Of a stretch of DNA of 64,000 nt, positions 31,137-38,625 are shown piece by piece. The notes below the pieces were generated by a model, which had not been told where the DNA came from, ran no database searches, and saw only the letters and a list, made by a program, of their open reading frames with translations. The first letter of the stretch is position 1; each line of letters starts with the position of its first letter. The position numbers were made by a program, and so were the translations under genes. The DNA comes from an uncultured Alphaproteobacteria bacterium (lineage in GTDB: Bacteria > Pseudomonadota > Alphaproteobacteria > Rhizobiales > Xanthobacteraceae): positions 1,235,171 to 1,299,170 of the forward strand of contig CAVTDJ010000002.1 of assembly GCA_963733575.1 (NCBI GenBank), given 5' to 3'.

Positions 31137-31835
31137 ATGCCTGCAACACCCCACGTAGAAAAGCATTTCACTGCAACTGAAACCGTACGGGATGTCGTAA
31201 TCGGAATGGCGGACGGCCTCACCGTACCGTTCGCGTTGGCGGCAGGCCTCGCTGCCGCCGTTTCCTCCACGAAAGTCATCGTGACCGCCGGTCTCGCGGA
31301 AATCGTCGCGGGCGCGATTGCAATGGGTCTTGGGGGTTATCTTGCAGCTCGGACGGACGCCGAGCATTATGGGGCAGAGCAAGCGCGGGAGAGCTGGGAA
31401 ATTGACAATCTTCGGGACAAAGAGATTCAAGAAGTTACAGAAATATTTGAACGCTACGGTTTGACAGGCGATGGGCTTAAAGCCGTGGTCACGGCCGTAA
31501 CCTCCGACCGTAAGCGTTGGTTGGATTTTATGATGCATTTCGAGCTTGGTTTGGAGGAACCAGATCCAAAGCGCGCGCCAATCAGCGCCGGCACCATCGC
31601 CGCGTCCTATGCCATTGGTGGCCTTATTCCACTTGCGCCCTATATTATGATGTCGAACATCTCAGAAGCTTTCGCATATTCGGTCGGATTCACCGCATTG
31701 GCTCTCATTCTGTTCGGCGGCATAAAAGGCCAGTTCACCGGTATCAACAAAGCCAAATCGGCTGGGCAGACCCTGCTGGTTGGTGGGCTCGCCGCAGCGG
31801 CCGCCTATGTCTTGGCGCATGCGTTTAGTGGATAG
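31137..31835 (+). CDS. VIT1/CCC1-family iron/manganese transporter
   Basis: 232 aa with RDVVIGMADGLTVPFALAAGL, an acidic cytoplasmic helical insert, and C-terminal transmembrane helices, typical of VIT1/CCC1 proteins. Confidence 0.8.
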   Translation: MPATPHVEKHFTATETVRDVVIGMADGLTVPFALAAGLAAAVSSTKVIVTAGLAEIVAGAIAMGLGGYLAARTDAEHYGAEQARESWEIDNLRDKEIQEVTEIFERYGLTGDGLKAVVTAVTSDRKRWLDFMMHFELGLEEPDPKRAPISAGTIAASYAIGGLIPLAPYIMMSNISEAFAYSVGFTALALILFGGIKGQFTGINKAKSAGQTLLVGGLAAAAAYVLAHAFSG

Positions 31836-32668
31836 GATTGCGCTTGGCGGTCGCTGCCGCATCGGCGAGCGCCTCGTCCCCCGTCTGACTCGGACTGGTC
31901 AAGCCAATGACCGCCATGGGGTCATCATTCGCGTCGTTTCGAACGAGTCATACGCGAGTCGGCTCTAGTCCGACGAGCAAACATTAGCCATATCGCTGGT
32001 AACCACGCTTCCCGCGACATCGATCTGAACTTGCAGCCCCGCTATGCCGGCTCTCGCTCCAGAGGCGGTCGTGCGGCCACGGAGAGCACTCGCATTCCCC
32101 ACCCTCATTTTCGACGTCTCGAGTGCGGTCTAATCACTTCCATGTCCGCCCAAAGCCGATATCAGCAGACGCTGGGAACCCGGTTATCTTTTGTCGGCAG
32201 GTTCGAACATCCCCGATAGGAAGCACGTTCTCGCGTCTTCAAACACCATTTGTTCAAATTCGGCTATTTTGTGCGGCGTTCGTTTAACTGTTCCCGCAGA
32301 TTAACGCCTTTGGCAATCGCTTGATCTGTGGCGCTGGGCTCGACGCATTCGTGTTAGCGGGCGCCGCGGGCGCGCGTGATTGCAACTCGAACAAGTGAAA
32401 CATCGAATCTCACGGGACCGCCGAATCCGCGAGCTCCTGACGAGCGCCGCTCGTGCCAGTGCTTGCTACGCTCTGCTACTCCCGTCAATTGACCCGAGCC
32501 GAACAAGCTCCGTATTTTTCGGATGCAGAACGTGGGATTTTCAACGTTATCTTCATCGCTCCGCAACGATTTAAGCACAGACTTTATTATGGGTTGTTCG
32601 CCCCGCGGGCCGCCCGCTTGTCCAGTAGCAAATCATGGCCACGTACACGCTGCCCCAAAGGGGCCGGG

Positions 32669-33385
32669 ATGAGACCCTTGTCATCCAGCCATCACCGGGA
32701 AGGCAACGGGAGCCCAGCGACGCCGGATGCGGTCGTCCATGTGGTTGATGATGATGAGAGCATACGGGATTTGTTGCAGCTCCTGCTCAAGACAGTTGGT
32801 TTGAAAGCCGTAACTTATTCATCGTCTTCCGTGTTCATTGAAAAGTTCGATCCCGCTCGACCGAGCTGCGTCATTCTTGACCTGCGGATGCCGGAATCGA
32901 ACGGTTTCGAGACGCTGACTTGGATGCGAACGCGTGCAAGATTGGTTCCCGTGATCTTTGTCTCTGGCTACGGCGATCTGGCGACCGTGGTCCGCGCCAT
33001 GAAACTGGGAGCGGTCGAATTCTTCGAAAAGCCGTTCAACAAGGAACTGCTGATCGAGGCAATTCAGCATTGGGTTCGCAGCGACATCGCGGCCCATCGA
33101 ATGTGGTGCCAGCACAAGGTCACGTTGGATCGGCTCGCAACGTTGTCGCGCCGGGAGAGACAGGTTCTCGATTGCGTACTCGACGGTATGTCGAACAAGG
33201 AGACGGCGCGCCATCTGAGCGTCAGCCCGAAGGCGATTGAAATCTACCGCGGGCACCTCATGCAGAAGATGGAGGCGGGCAACGTCGTCGGGTTGGTTAT
33301 GAGAATTGCCGGCTGCTTGAAGTGCGGTGGTCAGCCGGCGATTCGGCTCCCGTGCCTTGATCGGATGCGGCTGGACGACTTGTAG
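32669..33385 (+). CDS. FixJ/NarL-type response regulator (REC + LuxR-type HTH), orphan
   Basis: REC motifs are VHVVDDDESIRD, VILDLRMPESNG, VIFVSGYGD and FFEKPF. The HTH reads LSRRERQVLDCVLDGMSNKETARHLSVSPKAIEIYRGHLMQKM. No histidine kinase is adjacent. Confidence 0.85.
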   Translation: MRPLSSSHHREGNGSPATPDAVVHVVDDDESIRDLLQLLLKTVGLKAVTYSSSSVFIEKFDPARPSCVILDLRMPESNGFETLTWMRTRARLVPVIFVSGYGDLATVVRAMKLGAVEFFEKPFNKELLIEAIQHWVRSDIAAHRMWCQHKVTLDRLATLSRRERQVLDCVLDGMSNKETARHLSVSPKAIEIYRGHLMQKMEAGNVVGLVMRIAGCLKCGGQPAIRLPCLDRMRLDDL

Positions 33386-33664
33386 TTGGAACTGACGACA
33401 GCCGTTTTCAGCTATTGCGGCACGAAATTGCGGTGAACACTGGATCCAGGCAACGCGGCCTTGCTGACGCGTTCCGCCTTGTTGTCACCGAACCTTCGGC
33501 AATCACATTCGATCGTTCGCGCAAGGACGAGCGCAGATGACGCTTCTCGTGCTCTTACTTACCTAGCATGGCGCTGCCGTTGTTTAGGGTAAACCCCCCA
33601 CGGCGCAGGTATTCGACCCACTTATGTCGCGCATGCGCGTGTGCTCTGGTGCCGTCATTGAACG

Positions 33665-33688
33665 ACTGAACACAGATGACTGAACACA
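33665..33688 (+). promoter_or_regulatory. Direct repeat ACTGAACACA x2 in the gvpA leader/promoter-proximal region
   Basis: ACTGAACACA occurs at 33665-33674 and at 33679-33688 (14-bp phasing). The second copy ends 16 nt before the gvpA ATG, just upstream of the AAGGAG Shine-Dalgarno (SD) sequence. Confidence 0.3.
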
Positions 33689-33704
33689 ACAGAAGGAGAA
33701 AGCC

Positions 33705-33914
33705 ATGGCGGTAGAAAAAACCATTGCGTCGACGAGCCTCGCCGAGGTTGTCGACCGCATTCTCGATAAGGGCGTCGTCATCGACGCATGGGCTCGCGTC
33801 TCTCTGGTCGGGATCGAGCTGCTTGCGATCGAGGCCCGCATCGTGGTCGCCAGCGTCGATACTTATCTGAAGTACGCTGAGGCCATCGGTCTCACCGCGG
33901 CTGCCGAGGCCTAA
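33705..33914 (+). CDS. gvpA: Gas vesicle structural protein GvpA
   Basis: 69 aa: [63 protein letters not shown]. This is close to the canonical GvpA core. An AAGGAG SD precedes it. Confidence 0.97.
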   Translation: MAVEKTIASTSLAEVVDRILDKGVVIDAWARVSLVGIELLAIEARIVVASVDTYLKYAEAIGLTAAAEA

Positions 33915-34067
33915 CCTGTTTGGGCTGCGACAATGAAACGAAACGGGGCTGAAACGGCATTCGTGATCCGTCAAGGAACATCGCCGTTTCGGTCCCGAAA
34001 GTTTCCCACGTTACGTCGATGTTCGCTCGCACAGGCGACGCGAGCTCTGCAGCGAAAGGGCGCTACA

Positions 34068-34619
34068 ATGTCACAAACCCGAGAAATTAGCCGACTGACC
34101 AAAGATCTTGTTCAGGCATCAAAGCTGCGCAAGGCGGCTACCGATGCCATGCGTCTGGCCACGAAGTCGATGTTGACGACATGCGCAACGGTGCGGGGAG
34201 AACTCGGGCGCGAATATGCCGCGCACACACACAAGTTTCTTGCTTCCCTAAGCAAGGATGTAGCGGCTTATCGTCGTGCCATGGCCCACCAGATCGCAAA
34301 GACGAAGAAGAATGTCGCAGCCGATCGTCAGGCGACGATGAGCCAAATGACACGGTGGACGGGTGCGCGGTCGAAGGCGAGCAACCTGCTGCACCGCGAT
34401 CTCGAACGCCAAGCGGCCTCCATCATGACCAAAACCGCACAACTGCGTTCGGAATTTGCGAACGCACACCAAAACATGGCCAAGCAGCAGGAAGCAGCGC
34501 TCAAGGCAGGGCACCGTAAACTGCACGCCGGCATGGCCAGAGTCATCAATGCGACGCATGCGGACCGCATGAAGGCGCACGGAATCTGGGCGAACTTCAG
34601 GCTTAGCGGGGCTGCCTAG
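34068..34619 (+). CDS. Basic, predicted all-helical protein in the gvpC position (function unknown)
   Basis: 183 aa, rich in A/K/R/T/H (…KDLVQASKLRKAATDAMRLATKSMLTT…AYRRAMAHQIAKTKKNVAADRQ…). I could not see any 33-aa GvpC-type repeat. The call rests on position only. Confidence 0.45.
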   Translation: MSQTREISRLTKDLVQASKLRKAATDAMRLATKSMLTTCATVRGELGREYAAHTHKFLASLSKDVAAYRRAMAHQIAKTKKNVAADRQATMSQMTRWTGARSKASNLLHRDLERQAASIMTKTAQLRSEFANAHQNMAKQQEAALKAGHRKLHAGMARVINATHADRMKAHGIWANFRLSGAA

Positions 34620-34733
34620 CCGAGAGAAGTCTGAGCGGGCTCGAAGTCCGATCGCGCCAGACAGGAATCGAAACCGTCCGCGTTGCACGCCGCGCCTGAA
34701 GCACGCGGAAACAGAAATGCGCCCGGGTCGTCT

Positions 34734-34769
34734 GCTAGATGCGCCGCTAGATGACGCGCTAGACGAGGT
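34734..34769 (+). promoter_or_regulatory. Three phased 12-bp direct repeats (GCTAGA core) upstream of the next gene
   Basis: GCTAGATGCGCC, GCTAGATGACGC and GCTAGACGAGGT lie back-to-back and end 32 nt before ATG 34802. They sit in the 167-182 bp gap inside the gvp cluster. Confidence 0.35.
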
Positions 34770-34801
34770 GCGACGCCGGATCGAAAGTGGACGCAAGAAC
34801 G

Positions 34802-35548
34802 ATGTATATGAGCACGAGCAAGATCAGATCCGCAGGGAGGACGAGCGGCAGCATAGAGATCACATTGCCGCCCGCGTTGCAGGCCTTCGCCGGGCTGGGC
34901 TGCCGCGTGGTGGTGCGCGACGGACTGCAGCCGGAGATCGTCCTGCAGCCTGATTTTTCCGATGTTTGGTCATTGCTTGGGGCATTGTGGGGGAAGCTAT
35001 CGCTCGCGCTGGGCTCGGCCGAATCGATCGGAGAGTTTGCTCCGGGCGTTTTTATGCTGACCCTGCTGCCGCCGCGACATTCGCAGCGAGGGCTGCCGCT
35101 CGCTTACTCTGATCTCGTCACCTTGGGAAAAAGCGGCGAGAACCCTACCAAGGGTGGCTTGGAAGCGCTGGCTCGAGTTCTATCCGTATTAGCCGCGGCT
35201 ATCGCGCGTGAACTCGGACTTGAGCAGAAATTTGCCTTGGGTTTTGGCGATGCAGTGGCCTATGTGGTCACGGAAATATCAGTCGGCTTCGGCACCGATT
35301 TCGAACGAAGCATGGCGGCCAGCCTCTCCCGACAAGCGCATTTCAGACCGCGACTGCTGTTCTCGGTGTTCGACGACGAGTTTTGGCTGGAGTGCGAGCC
35401 CGCGTTGAGGCGGATCCACGGACAGTTTCGCTCGTGGCAGAGCAAACCGGAACGTTACGAAGCGGCGCAGCAACTCTGGTATCGCGCTCTTCAGTGCGAG
35501 AGTGTTCCCGGATGCGCTGACCAGCATGCCGCAGCCCAAGAGTATTGA
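34802..35548 (+). CDS. Hypothetical protein with an AbrB/MazE (SpoVT-AbrB)-like N-terminus
   Basis: The N-terminus KIRSAGRTSGSIEITLPPALQAFAGLGCRVVVRDGLQPEIVLQP follows the swapped-hairpin pattern (G-S-x-x-I/V-x-I/L-P-x-x-L...L-x-L...V...G-x-I-x-x-P). The remaining ~200 aa are unrecognised. Start candidates are GTG 34787, ATG 34802 and ATG 34808. Confidence 0.5.
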   Translation: MYMSTSKIRSAGRTSGSIEITLPPALQAFAGLGCRVVVRDGLQPEIVLQPDFSDVWSLLGALWGKLSLALGSAESIGEFAPGVFMLTLLPPRHSQRGLPLAYSDLVTLGKSGENPTKGGLEALARVLSVLAAAIARELGLEQKFALGFGDAVAYVVTEISVGFGTDFERSMAASLSRQAHFRPRLLFSVFDDEFWLECEPALRRIHGQFRSWQSKPERYEAAQQLWYRALQCESVPGCADQHAAAQEY

Positions 35549-36603
35549 TGCACGGAGATACAGACATGTCGACAGCGTCGCGTTCAGTCAGTCAGCTTGC
35601 TGGAAGCACAATTTCCCTTCGTCCAAGCACTAATTTCGTGGAGACAGCCGCGGTCCAGGATTTGAGAAATCGGGCGCTTGGCTACCTGAGCGCGGGATAT
35701 CCGGTTCATTTCCGCGGTCCCGCCGGTTCCGGCAAGACAACGCTGGCGTTTCATGTGGCTGCCCAGTTGGGACGGCCGGTGGTGTTTCTCACTGGTGACG
35801 ACGAGATGACGACCTCCAACCTGGTCGGCGGCCAGTTCGGGTATCAGTACCGCAAAGTCGTCGACCGTTTCATCCATACTGTTTTGAAATACGAGGAGGA
35901 CGCCACCCGCAAATGGTCCGACCATCGTCTGACGACGGCGTGCCGGGAAGGCCACACGCTCATTTACGACGAATTCACGCGCTCGCGGCCTGAGGCAAAT
36001 AACATTCTCCTCGGAGTGCTGGAGGAGCGGTTGCTGGTTCTGCCGGTTCCCAATCAAAACGAGAGCTACGTCAGGGTTCACCCCGACTTCCGCGCCATTT
36101 TCACCAGCAACCCGCAGGAATATTCCGGCGTTCACGATGCCCAGGATGCGTTGAGCGACCGAATGGTCATGATCGATGTCGATTACCTGGACCGCGAGAC
36201 GGAGTTGGCAATCACCGCCGCGCGTTCCGGCCTCGCGGAATCCAAGGTGGAGCGTATCGTCGACCTGGTGCGCGACTATCGGGCATCGGGCGAATACGAC
36301 CAAGCGCCGACATTGCGGGGCAGCATCATGATCGCGAGGGTCGTTGCCGATCAAGACCTGCAAGTTTCGTCCGCCGATTCCCGCTTCGTCCAGGCCTGCC
36401 TTGATCTGCTCGGCGCGAGGTCCCCATTCAAAAGTCGATCGAACGATGAACGGGTGCAGCAGCGCAAGATGTTGATAAGCCTGGTGCAGCATCACTGTCC
36501 GGCCGATCAGAGCCAAGATGAGATTGCTGATAAGCGACAGAAGAGAAAATCGGAGCCGGCCCGAGCGCGTCTCGGCCAAATGGCCGTGGAGACGCGTCGA
36601 TGA
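35548..36603 (+). CDS. gvpN: Gas vesicle protein GvpN (MoxR/CbbQ-like AAA+ ATPase)
   Basis: YPVHFRGPAGSGKTTLAFHVAAQLGRPVVFLTGDDEMTTSNLVG is Walker A and LIYDEFTRSRPEANNILL is Walker B. The start overlaps the upstream stop (TGATG). An alternative ATG lies at 35566. Confidence 0.9.
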   Translation: MHGDTDMSTASRSVSQLAGSTISLRPSTNFVETAAVQDLRNRALGYLSAGYPVHFRGPAGSGKTTLAFHVAAQLGRPVVFLTGDDEMTTSNLVGGQFGYQYRKVVDRFIHTVLKYEEDATRKWSDHRLTTACREGHTLIYDEFTRSRPEANNILLGVLEERLLVLPVPNQNESYVRVHPDFRAIFTSNPQEYSGVHDAQDALSDRMVMIDVDYLDRETELAITAARSGLAESKVERIVDLVRDYRASGEYDQAPTLRGSIMIARVVADQDLQVSSADSRFVQACLDLLGARSPFKSRSNDERVQQRKMLISLVQHHCPADQSQDEIADKRQKRKSEPARARLGQMAVETRR

Positions 36604-36947
36604 TGCATATCAGGGGGCTTCACGAAGCCTGCGGGCTTCGCAGTCTTCGCATCGCAGGCTCCACCGCCGACCGCAGCAAGCTCGCGGCCACGCTTTCGCG
36701 TCTTGAGCACCAGCGAGCGTTGCTCGCACGCCAACTTGCGGTGTGGACCAAGAAGCAGCAGGTGACCCAACTTCGCCTCGGCGTGCTCGACAAGGAGATC
36801 ACGCGGATCGGGCGGCTGATCCGCAAAATCGGTGGGCCGCACTATGCCGTCAATCAGCGCGACGGGACGCGTTCGATCAAGTTTGAGGAGCAGCCGGACA
36901 GCCGTGTAGCAGCAGTGCAGCGCGGCGACGTTAGTATCGATTACTGA
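36600..36947 (+). CDS. Small coiled-coil protein following gvpN (possibly GvpV-like; uncertain)
   Basis: 115 aa with an ATGA overlap with the gvpN stop. It has a heptad-like segment LSRLEHQRALLARQLAVWTKKQQVTQLRLGVLDKEITRIGRLIRK. The GvpV idea rests only on position after gvpN. Confidence 0.45.
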   Translation: MMHIRGLHEACGLRSLRIAGSTADRSKLAATLSRLEHQRALLARQLAVWTKKQQVTQLRLGVLDKEITRIGRLIRKIGGPHYAVNQRDGTRSIKFEEQPDSRVAAVQRGDVSIDY

Positions 36948-36991
36948 ATGCGGCGGTCTGCCGCAGCAACGGCCAACATTGGAGTTCTGTC

Positions 36992-37531
36992 ATGTCAAGT
37001 CACAAGGGTGCCACACGCAAGAAAGCCGGACACGCCGAAGCCGAACCGGTGGTCGATATCGGTTTCGGTTCCTTGTTCAAGGGGCTCGGAGACTTTGTCG
37101 GCGTCCTCGGCAAGCTTGTGGAGGCCGGCGAGCAGCATATCGAGCGGACTGGAGAGTTCAAAGTCAAAGGCCTCGGCGACAAGGGGCGCGGCGTCTATGG
37201 CGTGAGCGTGCGGGTCGGGCTCGGCGGCGAGCCGCACGTCGAACGCTTCGGCAACATCCGCACCACCAAAGAAGGCCCGGAGGTCGTCGATGTACGCGAA
37301 CCGCTGATCGACGTCTTCGACGAAGGCAGCGAAATCGTGATCGCCGCCGAGCTCCCTGGCGCCAAGGAAGATGCGATCGAGATCGAGGTCCGTGGCGACG
37401 TTCTTGCGCTCAGCTCGTCGGGCGAGCGGCGCTACGCCAAGGAGGTCTTGCTGCCGAGCCCGGTCGATGCCGCATCGCTGCGGCGGTCCTTCAAGAACGG
37501 TCTTTTGGAATTGCGACTGAAGAAGGCCTAG
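36992..37531 (+). CDS. Hsp20/alpha-crystallin-domain protein, GvpH-like
   Basis: The C-terminal alpha-crystallin domain reads IDVFDEGSEIVIAAELPGAKEDAIEIEVRGDVLAL...LLPSPVDAASLRRSFKNGLLELRLKK. The N-terminal part has a Gly-rich GVYGVSVRVGLGG segment. A GGAG SD precedes it. Confidence 0.75.
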   Translation: MSSHKGATRKKAGHAEAEPVVDIGFGSLFKGLGDFVGVLGKLVEAGEQHIERTGEFKVKGLGDKGRGVYGVSVRVGLGGEPHVERFGNIRTTKEGPEVVDVREPLIDVFDEGSEIVIAAELPGAKEDAIEIEVRGDVLALSSSGERRYAKEVLLPSPVDAASLRRSFKNGLLELRLKKA

Positions 37532-37533
37532 TC

Positions 37534-38625
37534 ATGTCGAATGCGATCGAGCACTTCTCGCGCACCCGCGTGGAGAACACGACGCTGCAAGTGATTGCGG
37601 ATACGCAGCGCAATCTCGATTGCCTGATCCGAGAAGAAGAGTCGGTGATCCGGCACTATAGCCGCCTGGGCACATGGCCGCACAGCTCGGTCAACATGTT
37701 CGTGGTTGAAAACCTGCAGCCGCTCGTTGCGCAAATCAAAAGTGCGGCATTGTTGTCCTCGGTCGTCGCCGACGACATCGACCGCCGGCCGATGGTCAAC
37801 ATCTACGATGCAGCCGATCTGGCGGAATGCACAGTCTTCGTGAACCGGCATGCCCTCGAGAAGGAAGGCATCTGGAATGATGCAATTTCCTTGCGCGCCT
37901 TGCTGGCGCATGAGCACGGCCATCCTTTGGCCGAGAACGAGACGGTGCGCGCCGCTCGCGAGCTCTCGGTCGAAGTCACGGCTGAGAGCCGGACGTCGAC
38001 TACGGAAATCGTCGGAGTTCTCCATCTCCTGGCCGATCGTCTGTGCGTTCATTCGCCGCAGGAAGTGTTCGCAAACGAGATCGTGGTTCGCGCTGGCTTC
38101 GATGACGCCTTGTTTCACCTCGACATGGGTGTCGTGGAGAAAGCCCGCTTGGGCGTCGCCAAGCGGACTTCCCTGGTGCAAGGCCTCGAAAAGCGGGCCA
38201 AGGACGGCAAGCTGACCGCTGTCCAGGTGGCCGGGCTTCTGCTGGTCGGGGATCTGCAGGCGTATTTGGGATTTGCGCTTGAGACCGCGCCATTCCTGCG
38301 CGCCGACCACCGACAGCAAGCGCAAGCGCTCGAGGCCGCCCTGATCGAAGGCGTGCTGTGCCATCTCGATCCGGCGGCGCCGCTACTCTACGAAAAATTC
38401 CGCGACCATTATCTGCGACTGAGAACCGATTTTACTCCCGCCGAGATGAAGGTCTGGAGTAGCGAGGCGCTGGGCCTTCTTGCCGACGCAATCCAGCAAA
38501 GACACTTGCCGCTTCGTTTCTCATTGGTTCGGACGCATTCCGCGGCCAAACCGCGGCGCCAGTCGCGAATGGCGCCTACTTCCATCGTCCACAGTGCCAT
38601 CGGGCATGATGGTGGCTCGCCATGA
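37534..38625 (+). CDS. Hypothetical protein with an HExxH zinc-metalloprotease-type motif
   Basis: 363 aa. LRALLAHEHGHPLAENE places HEHGH at nt 37909-37923. It starts 2 nt after the Hsp20 stop and its stop overlaps the gvpF start (ATGA). The first 185 codons of the 36979 ORF in the track are an out-of-frame shadow over hsp20. Confidence 0.6.
   Translation: MSNAIEHFSRTRVENTTLQVIADTQRNLDCLIREEESVIRHYSRLGTWPHSSVNMFVVENLQPLVAQIKSAALLSSVVADDIDRRPMVNIYDAADLAECTVFVNRHALEKEGIWNDAISLRALLAHEHGHPLAENETVRAARELSVEVTAESRTSTTEIVGVLHLLADRLCVHSPQEVFANEIVVRAGFDDALFHLDMGVVEKARLGVAKRTSLVQGLEKRAKDGKLTAVQVAGLLLVGDLQAYLGFALETAPFLRADHRQQAQALEAALIEGVLCHLDPAAPLLYEKFRDHYLRLRTDFTPAEMKVWSSEALGLLADAIQQRHLPLRFSLVRTHSAAKPRRQSRMAPTSIVHSAIGHDGGSP

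Noticed and set aside
33647-33661. Sigma-54-like -24/-12 element TGGTGC-CGTCA-TTGA, 44 nt upstream of gvpA.
   Set aside because: The spacing is right and the GG at -24 is present. However, the essential GC at -12 is GA here, and no bacterial enhancer-binding protein (bEBP) gene is nearby. That is too weak to call.
35584-36579. 331-aa minus-strand ORF inside the gvp cluster. Similar long antisense ORFs occur at 38409..39524, 42026..43126 and 45319..45999.
   Set aside because: Each is the mirror of a confidently identified gvp or AAA+ gene on the + strand, and none shows any recognisable motif.
36979-37533. First 185 codons of the 548-aa ORF 36979..38625.
   Set aside because: This part overlaps the Hsp20/GvpH-like gene out of frame and is Arg/Gly-rich junk. 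The real gene begins at ATG 37534, directly after the hsp20 stop.
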